Shown: positions 1 through 10,657, counted from the first letter of the stretch. The stretch: 64,000 bases of DNA from Candidatus Nomurabacteria bacterium (GCA_023898605.1 CP060230.1:3944-67943), one strand, 5' to 3'. Notes: generated from the sequence alone by a model not told the origin. Program-made: numbers and translations.

Positions 1-1730
1 TCTCTTGTAATTATTTTTTCTTCTATCATTTTAACAAAGTCTTCTAGCTTTAGCACTTCACCTTTTTCTTCACCTCTTTTTTCTACTGTTACAGATTTGT
101 CTTCGACTTCTTTTTGTCCGATAACTAGTGTGTAGGGAGTCTTGGAAATTTTTGAGTTTCGTATTTTTTTGCCTAGAGAGTCAGAAGATTCATCTATCTC
201 AACTCTTATATTTTTAGAAGATAATATATCTCTCACTTCATGTGCATATGAAGACTCGTTTTCCCCGATAGGTATTATGTTTACCTGTCTTGGAGAAAGC
301 CATATAGGCCACGTACCACCGTAGTGTTCTATAAGAAATGCTATAAATCTCTCGTGAGTAGAAAGAGGAGCTCTGTGTATTACAAATACATCACCGTTTT
401 CTTCACCCTTGTCGTCTTTGTAAGTAAGTTCAAATCTTTTCTTTGCTGCAAAGTCTAGCTGAACTGTAGACATTGTTTCTGTTCTACCTATCACAGATTT
501 GAATTGTATATCTACTTTTGGTCCATAGAACGCCGCTTCGTCTTCTGCTTCGACAAACTTTACTCCCATTTCAACAAGGAGATTTCTTATTTCATTTTCT
601 GTAAAATCCCAGTTTTCTGGCTCATCTATATATTTTTCTTTTTTGTTTGGATCCCACTTAGAAAGTCTGAACCAATAATCCTTGAGGCCAAATATTTCAA
701 AGTATTCCATTGTCAGTCTTAGTGCTGCTTCGAACTCGCTTTTTATTTGGTCTTTTCTGCAGTATATATGAGCATCGTTCATACAAAGTCCACGAACTCT
801 GAGTAGTCCTGCCAATGTTCCAGATCTTTCGTTTCTGTACACTGTTCCATATTCTGCAAGTCTTAGAGGTAGGTCTCTATAGCTTCTTGGTTCATGGCGA
901 TACATTATATGGTGATGAGGGCAGTTCATTGCCTTGAGATAATATGTTCCATCATCCATCTCCATTTTTGGATACATGTCTTCTTCGTAATATGGTAAGT
1001 GTCCAGATGTCAGGAAAAGTTCTTTTTTTGCTAGGTGTGGAGTTACAACTCTTTTGTAGCCACCGCTAGCTTCTTTTTGGACAGCCAATTTTTCTACTTC
1101 ATCTCTTATGATTGTTCCGTTTGGTTGCCACATAACTAGACCCTTTCCAACCATCTCGTCTATGAAGAATAGTTTTTGTTCTTGTCCTATTTTTCTGTGG
1201 TCTCTTTTTTCCGCTTCTCTTCGCATTTCTTCGAACTCTTTTAGTTTTTCGTTACTTTCAAAAGCAATTCCGTATATACGAGTAAGCATTTTGTTTTTTT
1301 CACTTCCTCTCCAGTATGCACCAGAAATACGATCAAGCTTCCATGAGCCTTTTTGTATTTCTTGTTTTGGATTTTCTAAATGTCCGCCCCTGCAAAGATC
1401 GGTAAAATCTCCAGAGGTGTATAGTGTTATCTTTTCTCCTCTTTCTCCGATTTCTTGAATAAGTTCTTTTTTGTATTCATTGTCTTTGTAAACTTCTAGA
1501 GCTTCTTCTTGACTCACTTCTTTGTGAGAAAAGCTATCCCAAGACTTCAGAAGATCGCTCATTTTCTTTTCTATGTTTTTTAGGTCATCTTCACTTATTT
1601 TACCCTCTACGTCTATATCGTAATAAAATCCGTCTTCTATAGCTGGACCAAGGGTTAATTTACTACCAGGATATAGTTCTAAAACAGCAGCACCTAGAAG
1701 GTGGGCCAAAGTATGCCTGTATTTTTCCAT
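1..1730 (-). CDS. thrS: threonyl-tRNA synthetase; short form starting at the editing/N2 domain with no TGS domain; 3' end runs off the window
   Basis: Reverse-strand translation from the ATG at 1730 gives MEKYRHTLAHLLGAAVLELYPG..DHRKIGQEQKLFF..MNCPHHH..RVRGLCMNDAHIY. These match ThrRS editing-domain and class II catalytic motifs (E. coli RHSxAHLL, DHRKLG, PMNCPGH). The reading frame stays open to position 1. This gene is missing from the ORF track because it is truncated at the window edge. Confidence 0.85.
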   Translation of the reverse strand, partial: MEKYRHTLAHLLGAAVLELYPGSKLTLGPAIEDGFYYDIDVEGKISEDDLKNIEKKMSDLLKSWDSFSHKEVSQEEALEVYKDNEYKKELIQEIGERGEKITLYTSGDFTDLCRGGHLENPKQEIQKGSWKLDRISGAYWRGSEKNKMLTRIYGIAFESNEKLKEFEEMRREAEKRDHRKIGQEQKLFFIDEMVGKGLVMWQPNGTIIRDEVEKLAVQKEASGGYKRVVTPHLAKKELFLTSGHLPYYEEDMYPKMEMDDGTYYLKAMNCPHHHIMYRHEPRSYRDLPLRLAEYGTVYRNERSGTLAGLLRVRGLCMNDAHIYCRKDQIKSEFEAALRLTMEYFEIFGLKDYWFRLSKWDPNKKEKYIDEPENWDFTENEIRNLLVEMGVKFVEAEDEAAFYGPKVDIQFKSVIGRTETMSTVQLDFAAKKRFELTYKDDKGEENGDVFVIHRAPLSTHERFIAFLIEHYGGTWPIWLSPRQVNIIPIGENESSYAHEVRDILSSKNIRVEIDESSDSLGKKIRNSKISKTPYTLVIGQKEVEDKSVTVEKRGEEKGEVLKLEDFVKMIEEKIITR

Positions 1731-1790
1731 TTGTTGTGTCTCCATATATAGACCGATTATAGCAGAAAATAGGCCTTTTTCTAGGAGCTA

Positions 1791-4700
1791 TTACTCTAGG
1801 AGTTTCAAGTCATCTACTATCAAGTTTTTCTCTCCGTTTTTCTCCTTTAGAGTTACATAAGCTGCTATGATCTGTCCCTTTTCTAGATTACTTCCAGCTT
1901 TGTTTAGTGCGTCTGGGAATATAACACCCTCAATTGTTCCAGTCTTGTCTTCCAGTTTTACAAACGCCATTTTTGAGTTTGTTTTTGTGTAGTGCACTTT
2001 TATATCAGAAACCATACATGCTACTAAGTATTTTTGAGCTATCTTGTTACTAGTTATCTCTTCTATTGTTTTTGCATTTTTTTGCTTTATTCTTTCTTCG
2101 TATTTGTCGAGTGGATGACCAGAAACATAAACTCCCAGAAGCTCCTTTTCCCAGATTAGTTTGTCTTTTATGTCAGCTCTATTTCCTGGCGTTAATTTGA
2201 ACTCGTTTATTTCTGATGTTTCTCCAAAAAGGGAAGCTTGGTTTTTGTTACTATTTCCTTCTTTTATAAAAAGAAGCATGTTTCCCATATTTTCTAGAAG
2301 TTCACCTCTATATCCAAACACATCCATTGCTCCGCTTTTGATAAGTGCTTCTAGAGATTTTTTGTTTAGGTTTCTGTGATTTATTCTTGTCAGAAATTCT
2401 CCTATAGAAGAAAACTTACCACCTTTCTTTCTCTCTTCTATTATTGCGTCAGATATATCGGTTCCAAGGTTTTTTATTGTGTATAAGCCAAATCTTATAG
2501 CTCTCGATTCTTTCAAATCTTCTCCGTTTTCAGATACAACAGTAAATCCACCAAAGCTATCATTTATGCTTGGAGGAAGAACGTTTATTTTCATCCTTTT
2601 ACATTCGGCTAGGATTGGCGATATTTTATCTATATCTCCAGATTCTGCTGTCAGTATGGCGGTCATATAGGGAACAGGATAGTTCGCCTTCATATAAGCT
2701 GTTTCGTAAGCAACCTTTCCGTAACTTGCGGCGTGAGCCTTGTTGAATCCATAACCTTGGAATGGCTCAAATAGATCCCAGATTTTTTCTGCTTCTTTTT
2801 TACTCATTCCAGAATATTTTATACAACCTTCTACGAATCTAACATGTTGCTTTGCCATTTCTTCTGGAATTTTTTTACCAACGGCTTTTCGGAACTTGTC
2901 CACTTCACCCCAGTCGTACCCAGAAAGTTCAAGTGCGGTGAAAAGTAGGTCATCTTGATACACAAGAAGTCCCAAAGAAGGTGCGAGGAAGTTTTTCATT
3001 TTTGGGTGATAGAAGGTTATGGGTTTTTTACCATGCTTTCTTTCTATATATTCATCTATGGTTTGCATCGGTCCTGGACGATAAAGCGCAACCATAACGT
3101 TTAGGTCATGTATGCTTGTTGGTTTTAGTTTTATAAGTTTTTGCGTCATGCCTGCGCCGTTCAACTGAAAGACTCCTTCTGTTTCTCCTCTGGCAAGCAT
3201 CTCGAAAGTTTTTTTATCGTCTAATGGTATTTTGTTTATATCTATTTTTTCTTCGTATATTTTTTCTACGAGTTTTATAGAGTCTGCTAGAAACGCTAAG
3301 TTTCTGATACCAAGAAAGTCGAATTTCACCAGACCGACGTCTTCAACAGCGTGCATATTGTATTGGGTTATAAGTTTACCTCCTTTCGGGTCAAGTTGTA
3401 CTGGAGTGTAATCAGTTAGTTCTCCTGGTGAGATAACGACACCTGCTGCGTGAACAGAAATGTGTCTTGCTGAACCCTCTATCTTTTTTGCCATGTCTAA
3501 AATTATCTTTGCGTCTCTGTCGGTCTCGTACATTTCTTTTAGTTCTGGTACGAGTTCCATTGCATGATCTATTGTCATGGGGAATCCTTGGGATCCCATA
3601 GGTATCATCTTGGATATGACGTCTCCAGTGTTGTATGGATATCCTAGCGCCCTAGCTACGTCTCTTACTGCGCCCCTTGCCATCATTGTTCCAAAAGTAC
3701 CTATTTGGGCTACTTTGTTTTCACCGTATTTTTGTTTGGCGTATTCGATCATCTCGTCTCTTCTGTTGTCTGCTATGTCTAGATCTATATCGGGAGCTGA
3801 CGGTCTAAATGGGTTCAAGAATCTTTCAAACGGTAGGTTGTAGAAAAGAGGATCAACATTTGTAATACCGCAAACATAAGAAACTAGCGAACCAGCAGCT
3901 GAGCCTCTTGTGTTTGTATATATACCGTTTTCTTTTGCAAAACGCATAAGGTCGGCAACTATAAGAAAATATGATGAATAACCCTTATCTTTTATGATAC
4001 CGAGTTCGTATTCTAGTCTTTTTACAACCTCATCGTCTTTTTTTAGTCCAACACTTTCAACAAGTGAGTAACATCTATCTTTTAGAACTTCGTCTGGAGA
4101 TTTGCCTTTTTCTGTTTCAAAAATAGGGAAGTATAAGTTTCCTATGTCTATTTCTATATCAACCATGTCTGCTATTTTTAGGGTGTTTTCTACCGCTCCT
4201 TCTATGTCGCCAAAAACTTCTTTTGCCTCACTTGGCCCTATGAGAGAGTAGTCGCCGTCTTTCATGCTCATCTTTGCTTCTCCGACTTCTGAACCAGTAT
4301 TTATCGCAACTAGAGTATCGTGAGCTTCTCCGTCTTCTTTGTGTAGGTAATGTGAGTCCCATGTTCCAACAATCGGTAGATCTACTTCTTTTGCAATAGA
4401 AACTATTTTTTCGACAAGTGGCATATACCAGTCCACTTCTTCGTGTTTCATAACTTCGACAAAAAGATTTTCTCTACCAAAACATTTTTCATAAAATTTG
4501 AGCAATTCTTTTGCGTCGTCTATGCGATCATTTTTGATAAGTTGTACAAACTCACTTCCAGGACAACCAGACAAACAAATTATTCCTTCAGAATATTTTT
4601 CTAGGAGTTCTTTGTCTATTCTTGGTTTGTAATAGAATCCTTCTATGTGTGCGATAGAAGTTAGTTTCATCAGGTTTTTGTAACCTTTCTCGTTTTTGGC

Positions 4701-4973
4701 TATGAGGGTTAGGTGGTAGCTTTTTGTATCGAATTCGGGACTTCTATCATGACGAGTTCTTCTGGCAACATAGGCCTCGAAACCAATGATTGGTTTGATG
4801 CCTTCTTTTTTACATGTTTTATAAAATTCGATAGCGCCGTACATCGCTCCGTGATCTGTTAGAGATAAAGCGGGCATTTTTTGTTCCTTCGCCTTTTTTA
4901 CAAGATCTGGAATCTTCGAAAGACCGTCTAGTAGAGAATAGTGTGAATGCGTATGGAGGTGTACGAATGACAT
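1791..4973 (-). CDS. dnaE: DNA polymerase III alpha subunit
   Basis: The 1122-aa ORF carries a PHP domain (HLHTHSHYSLLDG), polymerase core motifs and a C-terminal OB fold. The start is placed at the internal Met (MSFVHLHTHS) at 4973 rather than the ORF-track start at 5159. Confidence 0.9.
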   Translation of the reverse strand: MSFVHLHTHSHYSLLDGLSKIPDLVKKAKEQKMPALSLTDHGAMYGAIEFYKTCKKEGIKPIIGFEAYVARRTRHDRSPEFDTKSYHLTLIAKNEKGYKNLMKLTSIAHIEGFYYKPRIDKELLEKYSEGIICLSGCPGSEFVQLIKNDRIDDAKELLKFYEKCFGRENLFVEVMKHEEVDWYMPLVEKIVSIAKEVDLPIVGTWDSHYLHKEDGEAHDTLVAINTGSEVGEAKMSMKDGDYSLIGPSEAKEVFGDIEGAVENTLKIADMVDIEIDIGNLYFPIFETEKGKSPDEVLKDRCYSLVESVGLKKDDEVVKRLEYELGIIKDKGYSSYFLIVADLMRFAKENGIYTNTRGSAAGSLVSYVCGITNVDPLFYNLPFERFLNPFRPSAPDIDLDIADNRRDEMIEYAKQKYGENKVAQIGTFGTMMARGAVRDVARALGYPYNTGDVISKMIPMGSQGFPMTIDHAMELVPELKEMYETDRDAKIILDMAKKIEGSARHISVHAAGVVISPGELTDYTPVQLDPKGGKLITQYNMHAVEDVGLVKFDFLGIRNLAFLADSIKLVEKIYEEKIDINKIPLDDKKTFEMLARGETEGVFQLNGAGMTQKLIKLKPTSIHDLNVMVALYRPGPMQTIDEYIERKHGKKPITFYHPKMKNFLAPSLGLLVYQDDLLFTALELSGYDWGEVDKFRKAVGKKIPEEMAKQHVRFVEGCIKYSGMSKKEAEKIWDLFEPFQGYGFNKAHAASYGKVAYETAYMKANYPVPYMTAILTAESGDIDKISPILAECKRMKINVLPPSINDSFGGFTVVSENGEDLKESRAIRFGLYTIKNLGTDISDAIIEERKKGGKFSSIGEFLTRINHRNLNKKSLEALIKSGAMDVFGYRGELLENMGNMLLFIKEGNSNKNQASLFGETSEINEFKLTPGNRADIKDKLIWEKELLGVYVSGHPLDKYEERIKQKNAKTIEEITSNKIAQKYLVACMVSDIKVHYTKTNSKMAFVKLEDKTGTIEGVIFPDALNKAGSNLEKGQIIAAYVTLKEKNGEKNLIVDDLKLLE

Positions 4974-5025
4974 AAATAAATTATACCAATACACAGAATC
5001 ATCTCTAGTCTTACAACACTGGTTT

Positions 5026-5640
5026 ATGTTTGGTATAATTAGTATCGTGATACAAAAGATAGTAGGCATAGACGAAGCGGGCAGGGGTTCACTTGCTGGA
5101 CCCGTGTCGGTTGGCGCTATCTCGTGTGATGAAAGTTTCCTCAAAAAGCTAGAAGCCATAGGCAGGATTCCAGATTCTAAAAAACTATCTCCTCAAAAAA
5201 GAGACGAATGGTTCTCTAGGATAAAAGAGTGGAAAAAGGAAGGTTTACTGGACTATTCTATTTCTCTGGTAAATTCTGAGACCATAGATCGAGATGGTAT
5301 ATCTCACTCCATAAGGACTGGTATAAAAAGAAATCTCAAAAAACTAAGCATAAGACCATCAAATAGCATAATTCTCCTAGACGGCGGGCTTGTAGCGCCA
5401 AAAGTGTACTCTTCTCAAATAGCCATAATAAAGGGTGATGAAAAAATACCTCTTATAGCCCTTGCCTCCATAGTTGCCAAAGTCTTAAGAGACAGACATA
5501 TGGATAGGGTTGGCATACGCATGCCAGAGTACTTTTTCGAGGTTCACAAGGGGTATGGGACCAGACTCCACTATCAATGCCTTAAAAAACACGGTATTTC
5601 TAGCCTCCACAGGAAAACCTTTGTACATATTGACAAATAA
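5026..5640 (+). CDS. rnhB: ribonuclease HII
   Basis: The GIDEAGRGSLAGPV active-site motif near the N-terminus and the ~200 aa length fit RNase HII. The exact start is uncertain and may be GTG-initiated. It is transcribed divergently from dnaE. Confidence 0.8.
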   Translation: MFGIISIVIQKIVGIDEAGRGSLAGPVSVGAISCDESFLKKLEAIGRIPDSKKLSPQKRDEWFSRIKEWKKEGLLDYSISLVNSETIDRDGISHSIRTGIKRNLKKLSIRPSNSIILLDGGLVAPKVYSSQIAIIKGDEKIPLIALASIVAKVLRDRHMDRVGIRMPEYFFEVHKGYGTRLHYQCLKKHGISSLHRKTFVHIDK

Positions 5641-5705
5641 GGCTTTTTTGTGATATAATAAAGAAGAATAGATCGCAATTCCGCGATTTACAAAAAAATA
5701 CCGAC

Positions 5706-6356
5706 ATGAACCATAAAGATATGGATAATGCTCAAATCAGGGCATTTACATCAGTACTCTTTGAAAGAAAGAAAAATGAAAGAACGGGTGAATACGAAGA
5801 TGTTCCTCTCAATGAGTCACAAAAAACCACATTTTTCTCTGGAAGTATTTTCTACAAGTTTGAACGCACAACATTGAAATTTCTGGTCGTTGACTACAGA
5901 ATTTCTAGTGGAATAATCGTGCCTAAGTTTCCTGGAGGGATGTGTTCTTTTGCAAAAGAAGAAACAACCGAAGAGACATGTCTCAGAGAATGTTTCGACG
6001 AAACAGAGCTTACTCCTGATATTTCAAAATCAGAGATTGTTCGTTTTACCATGGCGAGACAAAAAGACTTGGCGCCAAAGCATTACAAGGCTTTTTACCT
6101 TCATCATGAGTATGAGGGCGAGCTCAAGAAGACGTCTTCTGATGGAGGGGAAACGAGTCCACCTTACTGGATGGCCGCCGAAGAAGTGGCGGAGAAAATT
6201 TTCAACCAGCATTACCAGGCGGCAAAAAGAGCTTTCGAGATATTGTGCAGTGTTTACAATAAATCCCTGGATCATAAAACAGCTTGTGGTTTTGCCGGAC
6301 TTGGATTTAGCAGAAGAGACGAAAGATTAAAAGAATATTTCTCCAGGAATATCTAA
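5706..6356 (+). CDS. divergent NUDIX-like hydrolase (hypothetical)
   Basis: The stretch GGMCSFAKEETTEETCLRECFDETEL approximates the Nudix box (Gx5Ex7REUxEExGU) with irregular spacing. A clean rho-independent terminator follows the gene. Confidence 0.4.
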   Translation: MNHKDMDNAQIRAFTSVLFERKKNERTGEYEDVPLNESQKTTFFSGSIFYKFERTTLKFLVVDYRISSGIIVPKFPGGMCSFAKEETTEETCLRECFDETELTPDISKSEIVRFTMARQKDLAPKHYKAFYLHHEYEGELKKTSSDGGETSPPYWMAAEEVAEKIFNQHYQAAKRAFEILCSVYNKSLDHKTACGFAGLGFSRRDERLKEYFSRNI

Positions 6357-6372
6357 TCAGATCTTTAACACC

Positions 6373-6401
6373 ACCGGTGCTTTATGCACCGGTGTTTTTT
6401 A
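6373..6401 (+). terminator. rho-independent terminator
   Basis: A caccggtgc/gcaccggtg hairpin is followed by a T6 run. Confidence 0.55.
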
Positions 6402-6439
6402 TTGCAAAATACAGGTTTTTCTGGTATAGTCTTCTTCGT

Positions 6440-6649
6440 ATGGTTATTCGAATGAGACATACGCGATCTCATACTGCCAATAGAAGAAGTCACCACAAGG
6501 TGAAAAATCAGGCAGTTACAGAGGACAAAGAAACAGGTGTAGTAAGACTACGCCATAGAGCTTCTTTGGAAACTGGAGAGTATAAAGGCAGAAAAGTCCT
6601 GAACACTATGAAGAGCGCGGAAAAGAAATTAAAGAAAAAAACAAAGTAG
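6440..6649 (+). CDS. possible ribosomal protein bL28-like small basic protein
   Basis: MVIRMRHTRSHTANRRSHHKVKN..GVVRLRH loosely resembles the bL28 N-terminus (..GNNRSHALN..VRILVNG) but lacks the Zn-binding cysteines. It is highly basic. The start was chosen at an internal Met of the 6377 ORF. Confidence 0.3.
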   Translation: MVIRMRHTRSHTANRRSHHKVKNQAVTEDKETGVVRLRHRASLETGEYKGRKVLNTMKSAEKKLKKKTK

Positions 6650-6760
6650 TACAAGCCCGGGGAAGTAATATACTTTTTCGGGCTTGTATTGCTTCAGGTC
6701 TCTATCAAGAGCTATACGGATTATAAAATTAACAAAAACATAATTATTGTTCTTTAGCCC

Positions 6761-7657
6761 ATGGCAAACAGACATTTATCTAGATCAATCGTACTTCAAA
6801 CCCTATTTGAGGGTGACTTTAATGGTTTTGACGAAAATGTTGTCAAAGCCTCTCTGGAAAAAAACTTGGAAGAGTTTGCGCCAGGGAGTGATGACAATGA
6901 GTTTGTTCACAATCTTATCGAAACAATCGTTCGAAAAAGAGAAATAATAGACGATGTTATAGAGAAAGCCGCTCCAGAGTGGCCACTCGAAAAAATAAAC
7001 CCTGTAGACAGAAACATATTGAGACTTGGTCTCTCTGAACTTTTGTTTGCAGATAGAAAAGACGTTCCTCCAAAGGTTGCGATAAACGAAGCTATTGAGC
7101 TCGCAAAAAGTTTTGGCGGGGATTCTTCTTCTCGTTTTATAAACGGGGTTCTTGGTGCTGTCTACAAAGAACTGGGTGAACCAGGAAAAGACGATACGGC
7201 AAAAAAGAAAGAGGAAGTAGATCTAACAAAAATTCCTGTAGATCAAAAAGCTGGTAGTGTAGTTTTCTCTCGAGGCAAAGATGGAATCATGTTTGCTATG
7301 GTTCACGACGTTTTTGGCTACTGGACCCTTTCAAAGGGTGGAGTAGAGGAGGGTGAGACACCAGAAGAAGCTGTGATAAGAGAAGTCAAAGAAGAGATCA
7401 ACCTAGATATCAAGGTTCTAAAACAGCTTGGTGAGAACGAATATATCGCTTCTCATCCAGAAAGAGGAAAAGTTAGAAAGCATGTTTTTTACTTCCTTTC
7501 TGAAGCAAAATACGGACCACTAAAACTAGAATCATCTGGTGGATTGGACGATACAAAGTGGTTCAAACCAGAAGAACTCGCAGATCTTCGTGTTTACGAT
7601 GACGTTGCAGGGCTATTGGCTGAATCGATAAATCTTATATCCAAAGACGAGGTTTAA
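6761..7657 (+). CDS. nusB: transcription antitermination factor NusB fused to a C-terminal NUDIX hydrolase domain
   Basis: The N-terminal ~140 aa are typical NusB ([10 protein letters not shown]...[26 protein letters not shown]). The C-terminal ~130 aa carry a canonical Nudix box, [23 protein letters not shown]. Confidence 0.75.
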   Translation: MANRHLSRSIVLQTLFEGDFNGFDENVVKASLEKNLEEFAPGSDDNEFVHNLIETIVRKREIIDDVIEKAAPEWPLEKINPVDRNILRLGLSELLFADRKDVPPKVAINEAIELAKSFGGDSSSRFINGVLGAVYKELGEPGKDDTAKKKEEVDLTKIPVDQKAGSVVFSRGKDGIMFAMVHDVFGYWTLSKGGVEEGETPEEAVIREVKEEINLDIKVLKQLGENEYIASHPERGKVRKHVFYFLSEAKYGPLKLESSGGLDDTKWFKPEELADLRVYDDVAGLLAESINLISKDEV

Positions 7658-7681
7658 AAGGGCAAAGAATAAAATAAAAAT

Positions 7682-8377
7682 ATGATAGATTTTACTCCAT
7701 TTGAGGAAAAGATAGGTATTGTTTTTGTAAACAAGTCTATCTTGACCCAAGCATTTATACATAGATCGTATCTAAACGAAAATCCAAAGCTCGGTCTTGA
7801 ACACAACGAAAGACTCGAGTTTCTTGGTGATGCTGTTTTGGAACTTTCTGTTACTGATTATCTTTACAAGAAATATCCAGATGAAGACGAAGGTATACTG
7901 ACTTCATACAGAGCTGCTCTTGTAAATGCAGTTATTATTTCCGATGTTGCAACAAAGCTCGGGATGAATGACTTTATGCTACTTTCCAAGGGTGAAGCAA
8001 AAGACACTGGTAAAGCCAGGAGCTTCATACTTGCCAATGCCTTTGAAGCTCTTATAGGAGCTATATATATAGATCAAGGTTATGAAAAAGCAGATGAGTT
8101 TATCTCTAAAACTATACTTACTCTTACTGACATAGTTGTAAAAAAGAAACTTTGGAAAGATTCAAAAAGTTTTGTTCAAGAAAAAGCACAAGAGTTCCTT
8201 TCCGTTACGCCTTCTTACCAAGTTTTGTCAGAAAGTGGTCCAGATCACGACAAACTTTTTACAGTAGGAGTTTTCTTTGGTGAAGAGTTGGCAGCCGAAG
8301 GAAAAGGTAAAAGCAAACAAGAAGCTGAACAAAAAGCAGCCGAAAGAGCCCTAGATGATAGAGGCTGGAGAAATTAA
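7682..8377 (+). CDS. rnc: ribonuclease III
   Basis: The RNase III signature ERLEFLGDAVLEL is present, with a C-terminal dsRBD (KSKQEAEQKAAERAL). Confidence 0.9.
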   Translation: MIDFTPFEEKIGIVFVNKSILTQAFIHRSYLNENPKLGLEHNERLEFLGDAVLELSVTDYLYKKYPDEDEGILTSYRAALVNAVIISDVATKLGMNDFMLLSKGEAKDTGKARSFILANAFEALIGAIYIDQGYEKADEFISKTILTLTDIVVKKKLWKDSKSFVQEKAQEFLSVTPSYQVLSESGPDHDKLFTVGVFFGEELAAEGKGKSKQEAEQKAAERALDDRGWRN

Positions 8378-8392
8378 TGTTAAAATATTTTT

Positions 8393-10654
8393 GTGAGAAG
8401 ATTACTTGCACTAAAACTTCAAGGATTTAAATCGTTTGGAAATAAAACGGATATAGAGTTTACAACATCTGTAACTGCCGTTGTTGGTCCAAACGGTTCT
8501 GGTAAATCAAACGTAGTAGAAGCACTACGGTTTGTTTTGGGTGAACAATCCATGAAAAGCATGAGAGGAAAAAGTGGTAGTGACCTTGTTTTCAAAGGAT
8601 CAAAAATTCTCCCAAAGCAAAACAGAGCGAGTGTCTCGATTGTTTTTGACAATAAAGACAGGGTTTTCAAAATAGGTGATGAATCTTCTATAAATGTAGA
8701 TTTTGAAAAAATTGAGATAAGCAGAGAGGTTTTTTCTGATGGTTCTAGTACCTACAAAATAAACGGAAGCGACGTTAGACTAAAAGATATAGTAGAACTT
8801 CTGTCTTCTCTCAATATAGGAGCTTCTGGACACCATATAATTTCTCAAGGAGAAGCGGACAGGATACTCTCGTCCTCTGCAAAAGACAGAAAACAAATGA
8901 TAGAAGATGCTCTGGGACTCAAGATATTTCAGATAAGAATAAAAGAAGGTCAAAGAAAACTAGACAAAACAAGAGAGCACTTGAAAGAAGTTGAAGTTTC
9001 TAGAAGAGAAATTGCTCCACACCTTCGTTTCTTGAAAAAACAAGTAGAAAAAGTAGAAGAAGCAAAAAGTTTAAGAGAAGATCTATCTTCTAAATATTCG
9101 GAATATCTAAAAATAGAAGAATCTTATATCAAGAGTCAAAAGGAGTTCTTTGATACAAAGAGTAAAGAATTGAATGACAAGAAAAAAGAACTAGAAGATT
9201 CTTTGGCAAAAGAAAGCAAAAACATTCCAACCGAAAGCGGAAGTCAACAATTTAAAATAGAAGAAGAAAGAATAGAAAAAGATATTTCTGAAATAAGAAA
9301 AACAAAAGATGAAATAAACAAAAACTTTGCAAAAATAGAAGTGCTTCTCGAAATGGAAGAAGCAAAGAAAAGAGAGCTTTCTGATAGTGCAAAAAGAGAC
9401 GCAGTAACAAATGTTCCATTTGCAAAAATAAAAGACTTCGCGATAAATCTTGAGGAGGAACTAGGAAATATCTCAAAAATTTCTGACATTTCTTCTGTAA
9501 AAGACGCAATAGAAAGATCAATAAGAAATATAAAATCTTTTATTGAAAAATACAGTAGTCCAGTTCTTCTAAATAGCACAATAGAAAACCACGAAGAAAA
9601 AATAAAAGAACTTTTATTAGAAAAATCAAAAATAAGTACAACCTTAAACTCTCTTGAAGAAAGAGAGCTCAAGGCTCTAGAAAAACTAGAGTCTCTCAAG
9701 GCGAGCAAGGACCAAAAGAACCAAGACTCTGTGGATTCTCAAAGAAAGATTTTTGAGATCAAGTCTTCTCTTCAGAATATCCAATCCGAAATAGATATAA
9801 ATGAAGTAAGGGAAGAATCTTTCAAAAAAGAAGAAGTAGATTTCGATAACGAACTAAAGGAGGGAAGTGTTTTGATCGGTGAGTTTATACTTGGGTTTAG
9901 AACTTTTGAATTGAAAGAAGGAATAGAAACAAATAGAGATTCTCAGTACACAAGAAAGAAAGATATAGAAAAGATAAAAATAAAACTAGAATCTTTTGGA
10001 GCGGGTGATTCTGGAGACATCATGAAGGAGTACGAGTCTGTCGTAGAAAGAGATAACTTCTTGCAAAAAGAGATAGATGATATAAATGACTCTATTTCTT
10101 CTCTAGAGAAAATTATAGAAGAATTCCAGGTAGAACTCGACAATAGGTTCAAAGATGGCGTTCAAAAAATAAATAATGAATTCAAAGAACTATTTTCTCT
10201 TATGTTTGGTGGGGGATCAGCAGGACTATCTTTTGTAAAAAATACCAAGAAGATTTCTTCAGAAGATGAAATAGTAGAAGATGAGGATGAACAAAAAGAA
10301 GAGGGCATAGAGATAAGCGTCAATCTTCCACATAAAAAGGTTAGAGAGCTAGAGATGCTATCTGGTGGAGAAAGGTCACTTACATCTATCGCACTTTTGT
10401 TTGCTATATCACAAGTAAACCCACCACCATTTTTGGTTCTAGATGAAACTGACGCTGCGCTTGATGAAGCAAACTCAAAGAGATATGGTTCTATGCTAGA
10501 TAGACTTTCCAAATTCTCTCAACTTATCGTAGTTACTCACAACAGAGAAACAATGTCTCACGCTGGAGTTTTGTACGGAGTTACTGTCGGAAAAGACGGA
10601 GCTTCAAAACTTCTTTCTATCGAGTTCAATGATGCAGAAAGCTACGCTAAATAA
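8393..10654 (+). CDS. smc: SMC-family chromosome segregation ATPase (short, 753 aa)
   Basis: The N-terminal Walker A (GPNGSGKSN), long coiled-coil middle, C-terminal ABC signature (LSGGERSLTSIALLFA) and Walker B (LVLDETDAALDE) fit an SMC. A GTG start was inferred. Confidence 0.7.
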   Translation: MRRLLALKLQGFKSFGNKTDIEFTTSVTAVVGPNGSGKSNVVEALRFVLGEQSMKSMRGKSGSDLVFKGSKILPKQNRASVSIVFDNKDRVFKIGDESSINVDFEKIEISREVFSDGSSTYKINGSDVRLKDIVELLSSLNIGASGHHIISQGEADRILSSSAKDRKQMIEDALGLKIFQIRIKEGQRKLDKTREHLKEVEVSRREIAPHLRFLKKQVEKVEEAKSLREDLSSKYSEYLKIEESYIKSQKEFFDTKSKELNDKKKELEDSLAKESKNIPTESGSQQFKIEEERIEKDISEIRKTKDEINKNFAKIEVLLEMEEAKKRELSDSAKRDAVTNVPFAKIKDFAINLEEELGNISKISDISSVKDAIERSIRNIKSFIEKYSSPVLLNSTIENHEEKIKELLLEKSKISTTLNSLEERELKALEKLESLKASKDQKNQDSVDSQRKIFEIKSSLQNIQSEIDINEVREESFKKEEVDFDNELKEGSVLIGEFILGFRTFELKEGIETNRDSQYTRKKDIEKIKIKLESFGAGDSGDIMKEYESVVERDNFLQKEIDDINDSISSLEKIIEEFQVELDNRFKDGVQKINNEFKELFSLMFGGGSAGLSFVKNTKKISSEDEIVEDEDEQKEEGIEISVNLPHKKVRELEMLSGGERSLTSIALLFAISQVNPPPFLVLDETDAALDEANSKRYGSMLDRLSKFSQLIVVTHNRETMSHAGVLYGVTVGKDGASKLLSIEFNDAESYAK

Positions 10655-10657
10655 AGA

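Noticed and set aside
142-1458. Three small plus-strand ORFs (60-116 aa) at the window start
   Set aside because: They lie antisense to a long, clearly conserved thrS reading frame on the minus strand. They are AT-rich low-complexity translations with no motifs.
5950-6330. Overlapping ORFs within the NUDIX-like gene, 126 aa on plus and 81 aa on minus
   Set aside because: They are fully embedded in a longer ORF with a recognisable motif and have no start context or motifs.
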